Shown here piece after piece: positions 48,895 through 58,963 of a stretch of DNA of 64,000 bases; positions within the stretch are counted from its first letter, which is position 1; the number at the start of each line of letters is the position of its first letter. Below the pieces are notes generated by a model. The model did not search any database and was not told the origin of the DNA. It was given only the letters and a program-made list of their open reading frames with translations. This DNA comes from Haliea sp. Its GTDB lineage: Bacteria > Pseudomonadota > Gammaproteobacteria > Pseudomonadales > Halieaceae. The stretch covers positions 9,804 to 73,803 of the forward strand of contig JAHEBM010000008.1 of assembly GCA_024642245.1 (NCBI GenBank), in the 5' to 3' direction. Made by a program: the position numbers and the translations under genes.

Positions 48895-50121
48895 CTGCGC
48901 ATTGCGCTGCTGGGCTACCGCAGCCAGCCGTTCGCCGGCGGCCAGGGTGTTTACCTCAATTACCTCAGCAAGGCCCTGGTAGATGCGGGTCACCGCGTCG
49001 ATGTGATTTCCGGCCCGCCGTACCCCCACCTGGATCCCCGGGTGAGGCTGATCGAGTTGCCCAGCCTCGACCTGTTTGCAAACGGCCTGCTATCGCTGCG
49101 CCCGCGTCACCTGGCGTCGCTGACCGACGTCATCGAGTGGTGCAGCAAACTGACCGGTGGTTTTGCAGAGCCCTACACCTTTGGCCGCCGTGCCGTGCGT
49201 TACCTGCGCCAGCACGGTGGCGAATACGACCTGATTCACGACAACCAGAGCCTGAGCTACGGCATGCTCGAACTCCAGGATATGGGGCTGCCGCTGGTTA
49301 CGACGGTACACCACCCCATCACCAGTGATTTGCGTATCGCCCTCAAGGCTGCCCGCAACTGGTACGAGCGCCTGCTCATAAGGCGCTGGCACTCGTTTCT
49401 CAATATGCAGAAAAAGGTTATCAAGCAATTGCGCCACGTGGTTACCGTGTCTGATTGCTCACGACAGGATATCGCCCGGGACTTCGGCCTGCAGCCGGCA
49501 GGTATCGGTCTGGTGCACAACGGTATCGATACAGGGGTTTTCCGGCCCTTGCCCGGGGTGACTCGCAATCCACTGCGGCTGATGGCGACCTGTTCTGCCG
49601 ATGCGCCCCTGAAAGGCCTGCGCTACCTGTTGCTGGCCTATGCCCGACTGCTGCAGCATCGCCCCGGGCTCGAATTGCTGGTAGTCAGCAAACCGCGCCC
49701 GGGCGGCAAGACAGAAAAACTGGTGCAACACCTGGGGATAGCGGACAAGGTGCGCTTTGTCAGCGGTATCACGACACAGCAGATGGTGCAGTACTACGCG
49801 GAGGCTGCCATAGCCGTTGTGCCCTCGGTATACGAGGGATTCGGCTTGCCCGCGGGTGAAGCCATGGCCTGTGGCGTGCCCGTGGTGTCATCAAATGGCG
49901 GCGCCCTGCCCGAGGTGGTGGGGGATGCCGGGGTGATCGTGCCGGCCCGGAGCGTCGACGCCCTTGCACAGGCGATCGATGCACTGCTCGGTGACCCGAC
50001 CAGGCGGGCCGAATTGGGTGCAAGGGGTCGCCAGCGGATTCTCGATGAGTTTTGCTGGGATGTCTGCGCAGGCCAGATGGTGGCGTATTACAGGCAGGTA
50101 CTGGCCGATGCAGACGGTTGA
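48895..50121 (+). CDS. GT4-family glycosyltransferase with no canonical start codon
   Basis: The GT-B fold N-terminus (L)RIALLGYRSQPFAGGQGVYLNYLSKALVDAGHRVDVISG is in frame upstream of the track's GTG at 49003. The C-terminal EGFGLPAGEAMACGVPVV motif is present. No ATG, GTG or TTG lies between the upstream stop (48793-48795) and 49003, so I placed the start provisionally at the CTG at 48895. Confidence 0.6.
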   Translation: MRIALLGYRSQPFAGGQGVYLNYLSKALVDAGHRVDVISGPPYPHLDPRVRLIELPSLDLFANGLLSLRPRHLASLTDVIEWCSKLTGGFAEPYTFGRRAVRYLRQHGGEYDLIHDNQSLSYGMLELQDMGLPLVTTVHHPITSDLRIALKAARNWYERLLIRRWHSFLNMQKKVIKQLRHVVTVSDCSRQDIARDFGLQPAGIGLVHNGIDTGVFRPLPGVTRNPLRLMATCSADAPLKGLRYLLLAYARLLQHRPGLELLVVSKPRPGGKTEKLVQHLGIADKVRFVSGITTQQMVQYYAEAAIAVVPSVYEGFGLPAGEAMACGVPVVSSNGGALPEVVGDAGVIVPARSVDALAQAIDALLGDPTRRAELGARGRQRILDEFCWDVCAGQMVAYYRQVLADADG

Positions 50122-50824
50122 GTTCAGCCATTTCCCGCTCGCCAGTGGCGATCGTGTTCTCGACCTCGGTTGCGGCGAGGGCCGCCACGTGATCTCAGCC
50201 TATGTGGCGGCGGACGTCCACTCGGTGGGGGTAGATCTGTCGCTGGACGACCTGGTGACCACCAGGGAGAAATTCGCCGACTTTGACGAGCCGGCCAACA
50301 AGGCAAAATGTTTCAGCCTGTCCTCCGCCAGTGCCCTGGCATTACCTTTCGCCGATAATAGTTTCGACAAGGTCATTTGCAGCGAAGTGCTGGAGCACAT
50401 ACCCGACTACCGGGCCGCGCTGCGCGAGATCGAGCGGGTGCTCAAGCCCGGCGGTCTGTTCTGTGCCAGCGTACCCAGGCGATGGCCGGAACAGGTTTGC
50501 TGGGCGCTGAGCGAAGGCTATTACCATTCGCCGGGCGGGCATTTACGCATTTTCCGCTCAACTGAGCTGCAGCAGGAAATAGAAGACCTGGGCTTTGACC
50601 AGTATCATCGACACTGGGCCCACGCCCTGCACGTGCCGTTCTGGTGGTTGAAATGCCTGTTCTGGAAAAAGCGGGACAGCAACTGGCTGGTTCGGCAGTA
50701 CCACAGGCTGCTGGTGTGGGACATCATGGAGCGGCCCGCAATCACCCGCGTGCTGGAGAAATTTATGAATCCCGTTATGGGCAAGAGTGTGGTCATGTAC
50801 TTTCGCAAGGAGGCGCCCCTGTGA
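50108..50824 (+). CDS. class I SAM-dependent methyltransferase (Methyltransf_11-like)
   Basis: VLDLGCGEGRH motif I, then FDKVICSEVLEHIPD and LKPGG. A hydrophobic/aromatic C-terminal extension. Overlaps the glycosyltransferase end by 14 nt. Confidence 0.8.
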   Translation: MQTVEFSHFPLASGDRVLDLGCGEGRHVISAYVAADVHSVGVDLSLDDLVTTREKFADFDEPANKAKCFSLSSASALALPFADNSFDKVICSEVLEHIPDYRAALREIERVLKPGGLFCASVPRRWPEQVCWALSEGYYHSPGGHLRIFRSTELQQEIEDLGFDQYHRHWAHALHVPFWWLKCLFWKKRDSNWLVRQYHRLLVWDIMERPAITRVLEKFMNPVMGKSVVMYFRKEAPL

Positions 50825-51912
50825 GCGGGCTTTATCTCAGCCGGGGTCTTTTTCCCCAGGAATTCCTGCGCCCCACCGTGCAGTTTATTCTCGATACCCA
50901 GCAGCCCGGCGGAGATATCCCCTGGTTTGATGGCGGTTATACCGACCCCTGGGATCACGTCGAGGCGGCCATGGGCCTGACCGTAGGCGGTGAGTATGAA
51001 GCGGCCCGCCGGGCCTATGCCTGGCTGGCGCGTATGCAGCTGGAGGACGGCAGCTGGTGGGCGTCCTATCGCGGTCAGGAAATTGACAATTGCGAGCGGC
51101 GCGAAAGCAATTTTGTCGCCTATATCGCCACGGGCCTTTGGCACTATTACCTGGTCACCGGCGATGACGATTTTCTCCAGTCGATGTGGCCAATGGTCGA
51201 CAGGGCAATGGCTTTCGTACTGTCCCTGCAGACCGAGCACGGCGAGATCCACTGGGCGGTAGAAAGTGATGGCAGCCCCAAGGGCGATGCCCTGGTCACC
51301 GGTTGCAGCTCGATTTACAAGAGCCTCGAATGTGCCAGCAATATTGCCCACACCCTGCAGCAGGAGCGTCCCCACTGGCGTACCGCCCGCTCGGCGCTGG
51401 GTCGTGCCCTGCGGCACAAGCCGGAGCGTTTCGACCGCACCTGGGCCAGCAAGTCGCGCTATTCCATGGACTGGTTTTACCCGGTGCTGGCAGGTGTCTA
51501 TACCGGCAGGGAGGCGCAGGCCCGGCTGGCGTCGCGCTGGGACGAGTTCGTGGAAGACGGGCTGGGGTGCCGCTGTGAGAAGCAGCAGCCCTGGGTCACC
51601 ATCGCCGAGTCCTGCGAGCTGGTGATGGCGCTGTTGGCCGCCGGCGACCATGCCCGGGCAGTGGAGGTCTACAGCTGGCTGCACCAGTGGCGCACCGACG
51701 ATGGTTCGTACTGGACCGGTTACCAGCTGGTCGAGGACCTGCTGTGGCCGGACGAGAAACCCACCTGGACCGCCGCTGCGATCCTGCTGGCAGCCGATGC
51801 GCTTACCGGCCATACCGGGGCTGCCAATTTGTTTACCCGGGTGCAGCTGCGAGGTGAGGAAACAGACGTAAGAGACACCAGCGCCCGGGAGCGCCGGGTC
51901 AAGGCAGACTAA
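50821..51912 (+). CDS. prenyltransferase / terpene-cyclase-fold (alpha/alpha toroid) protein, function unknown
   Basis: 363 aa from a GTG overlapping the methyltransferase stop (GTGA). Has repeated QW-like motifs: QQPGGDIPWF, LEDGSWWAS, EHGEIHWAV, TDDGSYWTG. Confidence 0.6.
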   Translation: MSGLYLSRGLFPQEFLRPTVQFILDTQQPGGDIPWFDGGYTDPWDHVEAAMGLTVGGEYEAARRAYAWLARMQLEDGSWWASYRGQEIDNCERRESNFVAYIATGLWHYYLVTGDDDFLQSMWPMVDRAMAFVLSLQTEHGEIHWAVESDGSPKGDALVTGCSSIYKSLECASNIAHTLQQERPHWRTARSALGRALRHKPERFDRTWASKSRYSMDWFYPVLAGVYTGREAQARLASRWDEFVEDGLGCRCEKQQPWVTIAESCELVMALLAAGDHARAVEVYSWLHQWRTDDGSYWTGYQLVEDLLWPDEKPTWTAAAILLAADALTGHTGAANLFTRVQLRGEETDVRDTSARERRVKAD

Positions 51913-52526
51913 AGGCGTCGCAGCATACCCAGGCTGTTGACCTGTCCCAGCGCTTCAAACAGCCCGGAAGCCAGGGCCATGCGGTAAACGGCGTAGGGTG
52001 CCTGCCCGCCCTCGTGGGCATCGGCAAACAGGTCGTGTATCGCCAGGATCCCACCCCTGACCACGTGCGGCGCCCAGCAGCGATAATCAGTGAGGGCCGC
52101 CTCAAGGCTGTGGCCGCCGTCGATGAAAACCATGCCCAGCGGTGTATTCCAGTGCCTGGCGGCCAGCGCGGAGCCCGCCACGATCGGCACCACGACCTGC
52201 TCCAGGCCGGCTGCGCGAATGGTGCGGCGAAACTCCCCGAAGGTGTCGAACAGCGCCTCGCCGTGATCGTAAAGCTCCGGGTCGTGAAACATCTCACCTT
52301 TCTGGTGCTCCTCTGAGCCACGGTGGTGATCGAGTGCAAACAGGGTGCTATCGCCGCGCTGGCAGGCCAGTCCCAGGCAGACGGTGGATTTACCACAGTA
52401 GCTGCCGATCTCGAGGACGGGCCCCAGGCTGCAGGCCTGCAGGGCGCAATCGTACAATGCCGTGGCTTCATCGGCTGCAAGGAAACCCTTTATAAGGTCC
52501 AGATCAACCGGCAGGTCGGGGATCAT
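51909..52526 (-). CDS. class I SAM-dependent methyltransferase (O-methyltransferase / Methyltransf_24-like)
   Basis: 205 aa from the ATG at 52526. VLEIGSYCGKSTV motif I and MVFIDGGHS. Its stop codon overlaps the stop of the convergent toroid gene (CTAA). Confidence 0.7.
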   Translation of the reverse strand: MIPDLPVDLDLIKGFLAADEATALYDCALQACSLGPVLEIGSYCGKSTVCLGLACQRGDSTLFALDHHRGSEEHQKGEMFHDPELYDHGEALFDTFGEFRRTIRAAGLEQVVVPIVAGSALAARHWNTPLGMVFIDGGHSLEAALTDYRCWAPHVVRGGILAIHDLFADAHEGGQAPYAVYRMALASGLFEALGQVNSLGMLRRL

Positions 52527-52669
52527 CGGCAGGCACTCACTGTACGGCTTGGGGCCGGGCAAATTAGCCCTTTTCCCCGGTACTGGCAAGGGCGCGAGCG
52601 GGCACCGGCGCCGCTGCTGCCATGGTATGCTAATCGGCGCCCCCGCCCGGCCACAAGGACACAGTAGCA

Positions 52670-54118
52670 ATGAAACTTGAAATGCCCCGCTTCAACCAGG
52701 CCAGGGTACTCGTGCTGGGGGACATCATGCTGGATCGCTACTGGGAAGGTCCCACCTCGCGTATCTCGCCGGAGGCTCCGGTGCCCGTGGTCAGGGTCGA
52801 GCATATTACCGATCGTCCCGGTGGGGCGGCCAACGTGGCGCTCAATATCGCCGCCCTTGGCTCGGGTGTGCGACTGGCCGGGCACTGCGGTGACGACGAA
52901 ATGGCCGACTCCCTGCAGGATATGCTGGCCGGGGCGGGCGTGGATTGTGTCCTGGCGCGGCAGCCGGGCCGATCCACGACGACCAAGCTGCGGGTGATCA
53001 GCCGGCACCAGCAATTGATTCGGCTGGATTTCGAGGAACCGGCATTCCTGCCACTGAGCCCGGCCCTGGCCGGGGAATTGCCCCGGCAGCTGGATGGTTG
53101 CGCGGTACTGGTGTTGTCCGACTATGCAAAGGGTGCGATGAGCGAGCCCGGCACGCTGATCGACATCGCCCGGCAGCGGGGTATTCCCGTACTGGTGGAT
53201 CCCAAGGGCAGCGATTTTGCTCGCTACCGCGGGGCGACCCTGTTGACGCCCAACCTGCAGGAACTGGAATCGGTGGTCGGCGCCTGTTCCACGGAAACTG
53301 ACCTGGTGACCCGGGGCGAGCAGCTGATGGCCGAGCTTGAACTGCAGGCACTGCTGGTCACTCGTGGCGAACACGGCATGACCCTGTTGCGCCCTGGGCT
53401 CGAGGAACTGCACCTGCCCGCCAGGGCCCGGGAAGTGTTCGATGTTACCGGTGCCGGCGATACGGTTATCGCGGTGCTGGCTGCCGCGTTCGCCGCTGGC
53501 GCGGATATTACCCAGGCGGCGGCCCTGGCAAATATTGCCGCGGGTATCGTGGTGGGCAAACTTGGCACTGCCACGGTCAGCGCACCGGAATTGCGCCGGG
53601 CGGTACATCGCGACCAGGGCTGCGAGCGCGGCGTCCTCTCCCTGGAACAGTTGCAGGTAGCCGTGGCCGATGCCCGCGGCCACGGCGAGCGCGTGGTCTT
53701 TACCAACGGCTGCTTTGACATTATCCATGCAGGGCACGTTGCCTACCTCGAGCAGGCCCGCAAGCTGGGCGGGCGCCTGGTCGTTGCGGTAAACAGCGAC
53801 GAGTCGGTGCGACGGCTGAAGGGCAGGGGCCGGCCTATCAACCCCGCAGAGCGACGTATGGCCGTGTTGGCGGGGCTGGAGGCTGTCGACTGGGTGGTCG
53901 CCTTCGGCGAAGACACACCGCGGGAGCTGTTGCGCAGCCTGCAACCGGATATCCTGGTCAAGGGTGGGGACTACGCCGACAAGGAAAGCGTGGTGGGCTG
54001 GGATATTGTCGAGGCCTACGGGGGCGAAGTGCAGGTGCTGGATTTTGTCGATGACGTGTCCACTACCGCCATTGTCAGCCGGATTCGTCGCGACGGACCC
54101 GACCCGGGCTCAGCCTAG
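52670..54118 (+). CDS. hldE: bifunctional heptose 7-phosphate kinase / heptose 1-phosphate adenylyltransferase
   Basis: 482 aa. An N-terminal ribokinase-like domain ([21 protein letters not shown]) and a C-terminal cytidylyltransferase domain ([13 protein letters not shown]). Confidence 0.96.
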   Translation: MKLEMPRFNQARVLVLGDIMLDRYWEGPTSRISPEAPVPVVRVEHITDRPGGAANVALNIAALGSGVRLAGHCGDDEMADSLQDMLAGAGVDCVLARQPGRSTTTKLRVISRHQQLIRLDFEEPAFLPLSPALAGELPRQLDGCAVLVLSDYAKGAMSEPGTLIDIARQRGIPVLVDPKGSDFARYRGATLLTPNLQELESVVGACSTETDLVTRGEQLMAELELQALLVTRGEHGMTLLRPGLEELHLPARAREVFDVTGAGDTVIAVLAAAFAAGADITQAAALANIAAGIVVGKLGTATVSAPELRRAVHRDQGCERGVLSLEQLQVAVADARGHGERVVFTNGCFDIIHAGHVAYLEQARKLGGRLVVAVNSDESVRRLKGRGRPINPAERRMAVLAGLEAVDWVVAFGEDTPRELLRSLQPDILVKGGDYADKESVVGWDIVEAYGGEVQVLDFVDDVSTTAIVSRIRRDGPDPGSA

Positions 54119-54910
54119 CGCGCGCCGGGCGGCCTCGACATTGGCCTGCAGGTGCAGCGGGTTGATGGTGCCGACAACGGCTGCCCCGGTGCCCGGATGC
54201 CCCAGCACGAGGTTCATACTGGCCAGCACCGGGTTTCCCACTGCCCCGCCCTGATCGGCAGGGGTCAGGTAACCACTGTCCAGCGCCTTCTTGACCAGTG
54301 CGCCGCAGTTGTTCTCCAGGCAGGCATCCAGCACCGGCAGTTCCTCCTGCCGGGAGGGGCTGTAGGTCAGCATGACCACGTCACAGCATTGCGCCGCCGT
54401 GACCCCCCCGGCCACCGTCTTGGTGGAGATGCCGAATGCCCGCAGCAGGCCCTCCTTTTTGAGCTCCGCCAGCGTTTCCAGGGTGCCCAACTGCTCAATG
54501 ATCTGCAGGTCGTCCCCGTTCGAGTGAACCAGTACGATGTCCAGTACATCGGTGTGGAGCCGGCGCAGGCTGCGCCGGACTGATGCCCTGGTGTGTGCCG
54601 GCGAAAAATCGAAGCGTGACCTGCCCTGCTCAAACTCCTCCCCCACCTTGCTGCAGATTATCCAGTCGCCGCGCTGGCCGCTCAGCAGTCGACCGAGACG
54701 TTCCTCACTGCTGCCGTAGGCCGGGGCGGTGTCCAGCAGGTTGATTCCCAACTCCCTGGCCCTGGCCAGCAGGTTCGCGGCGCTGCGCTCATCGGGAAGC
54801 GTAAACTGGCGCGGGTACTTTACGGCCTGGTCGCGACCGAGTTTCACCGTACCCAGGCCAAGCGCGCTAACCTGTAACCCGGTGCGGCCCAGGGGTCTCA
54901 GCCAGCTCAT
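54110..54910 (-). CDS. aldo/keto reductase
   Basis: [16 protein letters not shown] and a typical AKR layout. Its 3' end overlaps the hldE 3' end by 9 nt. Confidence 0.85.
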   Translation of the reverse strand: MSWLRPLGRTGLQVSALGLGTVKLGRDQAVKYPRQFTLPDERSAANLLARARELGINLLDTAPAYGSSEERLGRLLSGQRGDWIICSKVGEEFEQGRSRFDFSPAHTRASVRRSLRRLHTDVLDIVLVHSNGDDLQIIEQLGTLETLAELKKEGLLRAFGISTKTVAGGVTAAQCCDVVMLTYSPSRQEELPVLDACLENNCGALVKKALDSGYLTPADQGGAVGNPVLASMNLVLGHPGTGAAVVGTINPLHLQANVEAARRALG

Positions 54911-56103
54911 TGGAACAGGGTGTCCCAGTAAGGCGTTGCCCTCGGGGGCCGATCCGCGCCCGCCAGCAGCGTCAGCTCCTGGGGGTGATGGGGCAGGATG
55001 CCGTCGGCGTCAAGCTGGCGCTCCACCTCGTCGGCGAGGTCAGGGGCGAGTGTCAGCTTGGTCGGCCAGGCGGCCCGGGCGTTATCCAGGCCATCCAGCC
55101 TGCCGAGAAAAGCGCGGTCCGGTTTCAGTAGTCCCTGCTGGCGGGGCTCTGCCCGGTCCAGCCGGATTGTGGCCCACTGGCATGTGCCGAAATCCAGCCA
55201 GGGCAGCAAGTCGGCAAGTTCCCGCCGGGCGCGCGCGATCAACTCGGCCGGAGCGGCCTCCGCCGCGCCGGTAGACAGGTCGCCACCAAGGTACCAGACC
55301 GGTCGCCCGGTGCGGTCGCGATGGGAGGAAATGGTCAGCCGGGGCGATGCGCTGCTACCCATGCAATGGCCAAAGAAGGGCGCCTCGAACTCGTGCCGTA
55401 CCAGTACCTGCTGCAGTGGGCGCCGCTGCATTGCCGGTTCGGTACTGCCCAGGCCAGCGATCAGGGCCTCGTTGCCCGCGCCCGCGGTGAGCAGCAGTTG
55501 TTCGGGCATCAACGTACATTGTGGCAGCGACAATACCGCCCGCCGTCCCTCCCGCCGCAGGGAGGCCTGGCGCCAGTCGATGGAGAATATGGCGTCCCTG
55601 CAGCGGCTTGCCAGGGTATCCACCAGGGAGGGTACGTGCAGTACCAGGTCGGGCAGCCGGTACACCTGGCCGCGAAAGCGTGCCGATTGCAGCGCAGCCG
55701 GGTAGTCAGCGGCCGCTACCTTGCGCACCTCGGTGTTCAGCAGTTTGCTGGCGAGCAGGGAGCTGAGGCGGGACTGGAGGCTTGCGCTGGACCACAGGAA
55801 GAAATCCTCGCTCAGCACCTCGCAGCCGCGCAGGTCGACCTTGCCCTGCCCTGCCAGGCACCGGCGCCAGGTGGCGGGCATGGAGGAAATGGCCTGTGAG
55901 TCGCCGCCCCAGGCGCCGGCCAGCGCATATTTCACGCCACCGTGAATCATGCCCTGCGAGCCTATGGTCTGGTAGCTGCCCAGGGCCTCCTGTTCAAACA
56001 GCACTGCACTGTAGCCCCGGGCGCGCAACTGGTTGAGGGTCCACAGGCCGGCGATGCCGCCGCCGATGATCGCGATGTCGATGTGCAGTGACTGCCCGCC
56101 CAT
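54907..56103 (-). CDS. FAD-dependent oxidoreductase
   Basis: DIAIIGGGIAGLW dinucleotide fold at the N-terminus from the ATG at 56103. The FAD-oxidoreductase/AKR pair next to waaA and hldE matches Pseudomonas gene order. Confidence 0.8.
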   Translation of the reverse strand: MGGQSLHIDIAIIGGGIAGLWTLNQLRARGYSAVLFEQEALGSYQTIGSQGMIHGGVKYALAGAWGGDSQAISSMPATWRRCLAGQGKVDLRGCEVLSEDFFLWSSASLQSRLSSLLASKLLNTEVRKVAAADYPAALQSARFRGQVYRLPDLVLHVPSLVDTLASRCRDAIFSIDWRQASLRREGRRAVLSLPQCTLMPEQLLLTAGAGNEALIAGLGSTEPAMQRRPLQQVLVRHEFEAPFFGHCMGSSASPRLTISSHRDRTGRPVWYLGGDLSTGAAEAAPAELIARARRELADLLPWLDFGTCQWATIRLDRAEPRQQGLLKPDRAFLGRLDGLDNARAAWPTKLTLAPDLADEVERQLDADGILPHHPQELTLLAGADRPPRATPYWDTLFQ

Positions 56104-56234
56104 GGAGTTTGACCCGGAAGAGAAAGGGCCCAGTATAGCCGTTTTCAAGCCCGGTTCGTGGCGTCGGGACAGCTGGCGGCGGCATCGGCCGGACGTTATG
56201 CTGCGAACTTGCATCATCTGCCACCGGAGTCTTC

Positions 56235-57512
56235 ATGCGCTTGTTGTACAGCGCCCTGTTCTATTGCCTGCTGCCCCTGCTGGTGCTGCGCATGCTGTGG
56301 CGTTCGCTCCGGGCACCTGCGTATCGTCGACGCTTGCCGGAGCGTTTTGGGCTGTTCCGGGCCAGGCCGGAAGCCGGGGCGCCGGCGATCTGGATACACG
56401 CGGTCTCGGTGGGAGAGACCCTGGCGGTGGCGCCGCTGGTGGAAGCCCTCCTGCAGGCCTGTCCCTCGCACCCGATCGTGCTGACTACCACAACACCCAC
56501 CGGGTCGGAGCGGGTCCGGGCCCTGTTTGGCCAACGGGTCTTCCACGTCTATGTACCCTGGGACCTGCCGGGCCCGGTGCGTCGCTTCCTGCGCGCCACC
56601 CGGCCCCGGTTGCTGGTGGTGATGGAGACCGAGCTGTGGCCGAATATGCTGCACTACTGTCGCCGTGCCGATTGCCGCATAGTGCTGGCCAACGCCCGTA
56701 TGTCGGCGCGCTCTGCCAGTGGCTACGCCCGTGTGGCGGGATTTACCCGGCAGCTGCTGGAACAGGTGGATACTGCTGCCTGCCAGACTTGTGCCGATGG
56801 TGAGCGCTTCCTCGCATTGGGCCTGCCAGCCGCGGCGCTGCAGGTGACCGGCAATACCAAGTACGACCTGGTGGTCGGGGATGAGCTGCAGGCCCGGGCG
56901 GCGTCGCTGCGGCAGGCGCTCGGCGCGGGGGGGCGCGCGGTACTGGTCGCCGCAAGCACTCATGCCGGGGAAGAAGAGCGGATTCTGGCCGCCTACCGCC
57001 GGGTCAGGCAGGAGTTCGGTCACTGCCTGCTGGTACTGGTGCCGCGACACCCCGAGCGCTTCAATGAGGTTTTTACCCTGTGCCGGAAAGATGGCTGGCA
57101 GGTGCGGCGCCGTTCTTCGGGCCGGGATCCCGGCGCGGCAGACGACATTTTGCTGGGAGATACCATGGGAGAACTGCCGCTGCTGCTTGGCGCCGCCACG
57201 CTGGCGATTATCGGGGGCTCGCTGGTGGAGCACGGCGGGCACAACCCGCTGGAGGCCGCCGCCTGGGGAGTACCCATTGTGGTGGGGCCCTCCATGGAGA
57301 ACTTTGCCGATGTCAGTGCCAAACTGGTCGGTGCTGGCGCCATGGTACGCCTGGAGGAGCCCGGCCAGCTGGGCAGGAGCCTGCTCGAATTGCTGGTCGA
57401 CGAGGCGCGTTGCCAGGCGATGGGCGATGCGGGCAGGCAGGTACTGGAAGGGAATCGCGGTGCGAGCACCCGCCTGCTCACCCTTGTGCAGCGCGAGCTG
57501 GCGAGTGCCTGA
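56235..57512 (+). CDS. waaA: 3-deoxy-D-manno-octulosonic acid (Kdo) transferase
   Basis: 425 aa. The N-terminal anchor LYSALFYCLLPLLVLRMLWR, then IWIHAVSVGE and GGHNPLEAA motifs. Confidence 0.94.
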   Translation: MRLLYSALFYCLLPLLVLRMLWRSLRAPAYRRRLPERFGLFRARPEAGAPAIWIHAVSVGETLAVAPLVEALLQACPSHPIVLTTTTPTGSERVRALFGQRVFHVYVPWDLPGPVRRFLRATRPRLLVVMETELWPNMLHYCRRADCRIVLANARMSARSASGYARVAGFTRQLLEQVDTAACQTCADGERFLALGLPAAALQVTGNTKYDLVVGDELQARAASLRQALGAGGRAVLVAASTHAGEEERILAAYRRVRQEFGHCLLVLVPRHPERFNEVFTLCRKDGWQVRRRSSGRDPGAADDILLGDTMGELPLLLGAATLAIIGGSLVEHGGHNPLEAAAWGVPIVVGPSMENFADVSAKLVGAGAMVRLEEPGQLGRSLLELLVDEARCQAMGDAGRQVLEGNRGASTRLLTLVQRELASA

Positions 57513-57553
57513 AAGGTCGTTATCCCCCTGGGGCCAGCCAGGCTCGGCTGTGT

Positions 57554-58963
57554 TTACTTGGTGGCGGCGGTGGGCGCAGGTGGCGTAACCAGGTAGGAAT
57601 CCAGCCGGTACACGTCCTCGGGGCTCAACAGCCCGGCCTGTTCTTTCAGGCGCAGCATATTGTTGATGTAATCGTAGCGGCTGTTGGAATAGTCTCGCTG
57701 CGCGACAAACAGCGTGTTCTGGGCATTGAGCACGTCGACCACGTTACGGGTTCCCACTTCGTAGCCGGCCTGTGTTGCGTCGAGTGCGCTCTGGGATGAG
57801 ACGATGCTTTGCTTGCGTGCATTCACCCGGGACACATCACTGATTACGGTCATATGCAGGTTGCGGGTGCTGGTGACCGTAGTGCGGGTCAGGTTGATAA
57901 GGTTTTCACGGGCGGCGTTGTATTGCTGGGCGCTCTGCCGGCGACTCGCGCTGATGGCACCGCCGCTATAGAGCGGCAGATCCAACCGGAGCTGCCAGAC
58001 ATTCTGTTCGATGTTGTTGTCGGGAGACGTCTCAAAGCCGGTGCTCGGCTTGCTGGTAAAGTTGCCGTCGGTATCGTAATCCGAGTATTCGTAGCCACCG
58101 CTCACTTTCGGGGCATGCCCCATTTTATTGGACATCGCGTTTTGCCTGGCGGCTTCTTCCTGGTGTCTGGCCGCCTGCAGGGTGAAGTTACTTTCCAGGG
58201 CAAAATCGACCCAGGCCGAGCGATCAATGGGGTCGGGTAATTTCAGCTCCATATCGTCCTTGAGGACGTTGAGCGTGCCCGGGTATTTGCCGGTGAGCAC
58301 CGACAGGCGCTCCATCGCCACCATCACGTTGTTTTCATCGACGATCCGGTTTACCCGTGACAGGTCGAATGCGGCCTGGGCTTCATACACGTCTGTTATC
58401 GCGATCAGCCCCACTTCGAAGCGCTGCTGACTCTGCTCCAACTGGCGCTCGAAGGCCCTTTCCTGGGCCTGGGATGCCGCGAGATTGTCCTGCGCCCGAA
58501 GCACCAGCAGGTAGGCCTCTACTACTCGCGTGATCAGGTTCTGCTGGTTGCCCGCAAAGGTGGCGGCGGCCTGCTTGCTCAGTTCCTTGCCCGACTGGAA
58601 ACTGAACCAGGCCGGCAGGTCGAACAGGGCCTGGTTGAGGGAGACGGAATAGCCATCAGTAGTCACATCGGTATTGGACATGGTGCTGAGCACCGGCAGG
58701 CCGGGTTTGGTGAAGTCGCGACTCTGGGCCTTGCGATCCGAGTCGCTGTCGGTATAGGAATAGGACGTGCTCACCTGCGGTAACAGTGCTGCCCGGGCAA
58801 GATTTTCGGTCTCCATGTTGGCCAGGTACTGGGCCTGCTCCGCTTTCAGCTGGGCATCATTTTCCAGTGCCAGCTCGTAGATATCGCGCAGCGACTCCGC
58901 CTGCGACATTGCCGAGCCCAGAAAAAGACCTGATACCAGCAACGCGGCTGCCGTTCGTTTCAT
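57554..58963 (-). CDS. tolC: TolC family outer membrane channel
   Basis: 469 aa from the ATG at 58963. Signal peptide, then SLRDIYELALENDAQLKAEQ and tandem OEP repeats. Confidence 0.9.
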   Translation of the reverse strand: MKRTAAALLVSGLFLGSAMSQAESLRDIYELALENDAQLKAEQAQYLANMETENLARAALLPQVSTSYSYTDSDSDRKAQSRDFTKPGLPVLSTMSNTDVTTDGYSVSLNQALFDLPAWFSFQSGKELSKQAAATFAGNQQNLITRVVEAYLLVLRAQDNLAASQAQERAFERQLEQSQQRFEVGLIAITDVYEAQAAFDLSRVNRIVDENNVMVAMERLSVLTGKYPGTLNVLKDDMELKLPDPIDRSAWVDFALESNFTLQAARHQEEAARQNAMSNKMGHAPKVSGGYEYSDYDTDGNFTSKPSTGFETSPDNNIEQNVWQLRLDLPLYSGGAISASRRQSAQQYNAARENLINLTRTTVTSTRNLHMTVISDVSRVNARKQSIVSSQSALDATQAGYEVGTRNVVDVLNAQNTLFVAQRDYSNSRYDYINNMLRLKEQAGLLSPEDVYRLDSYLVTPPAPTAATK

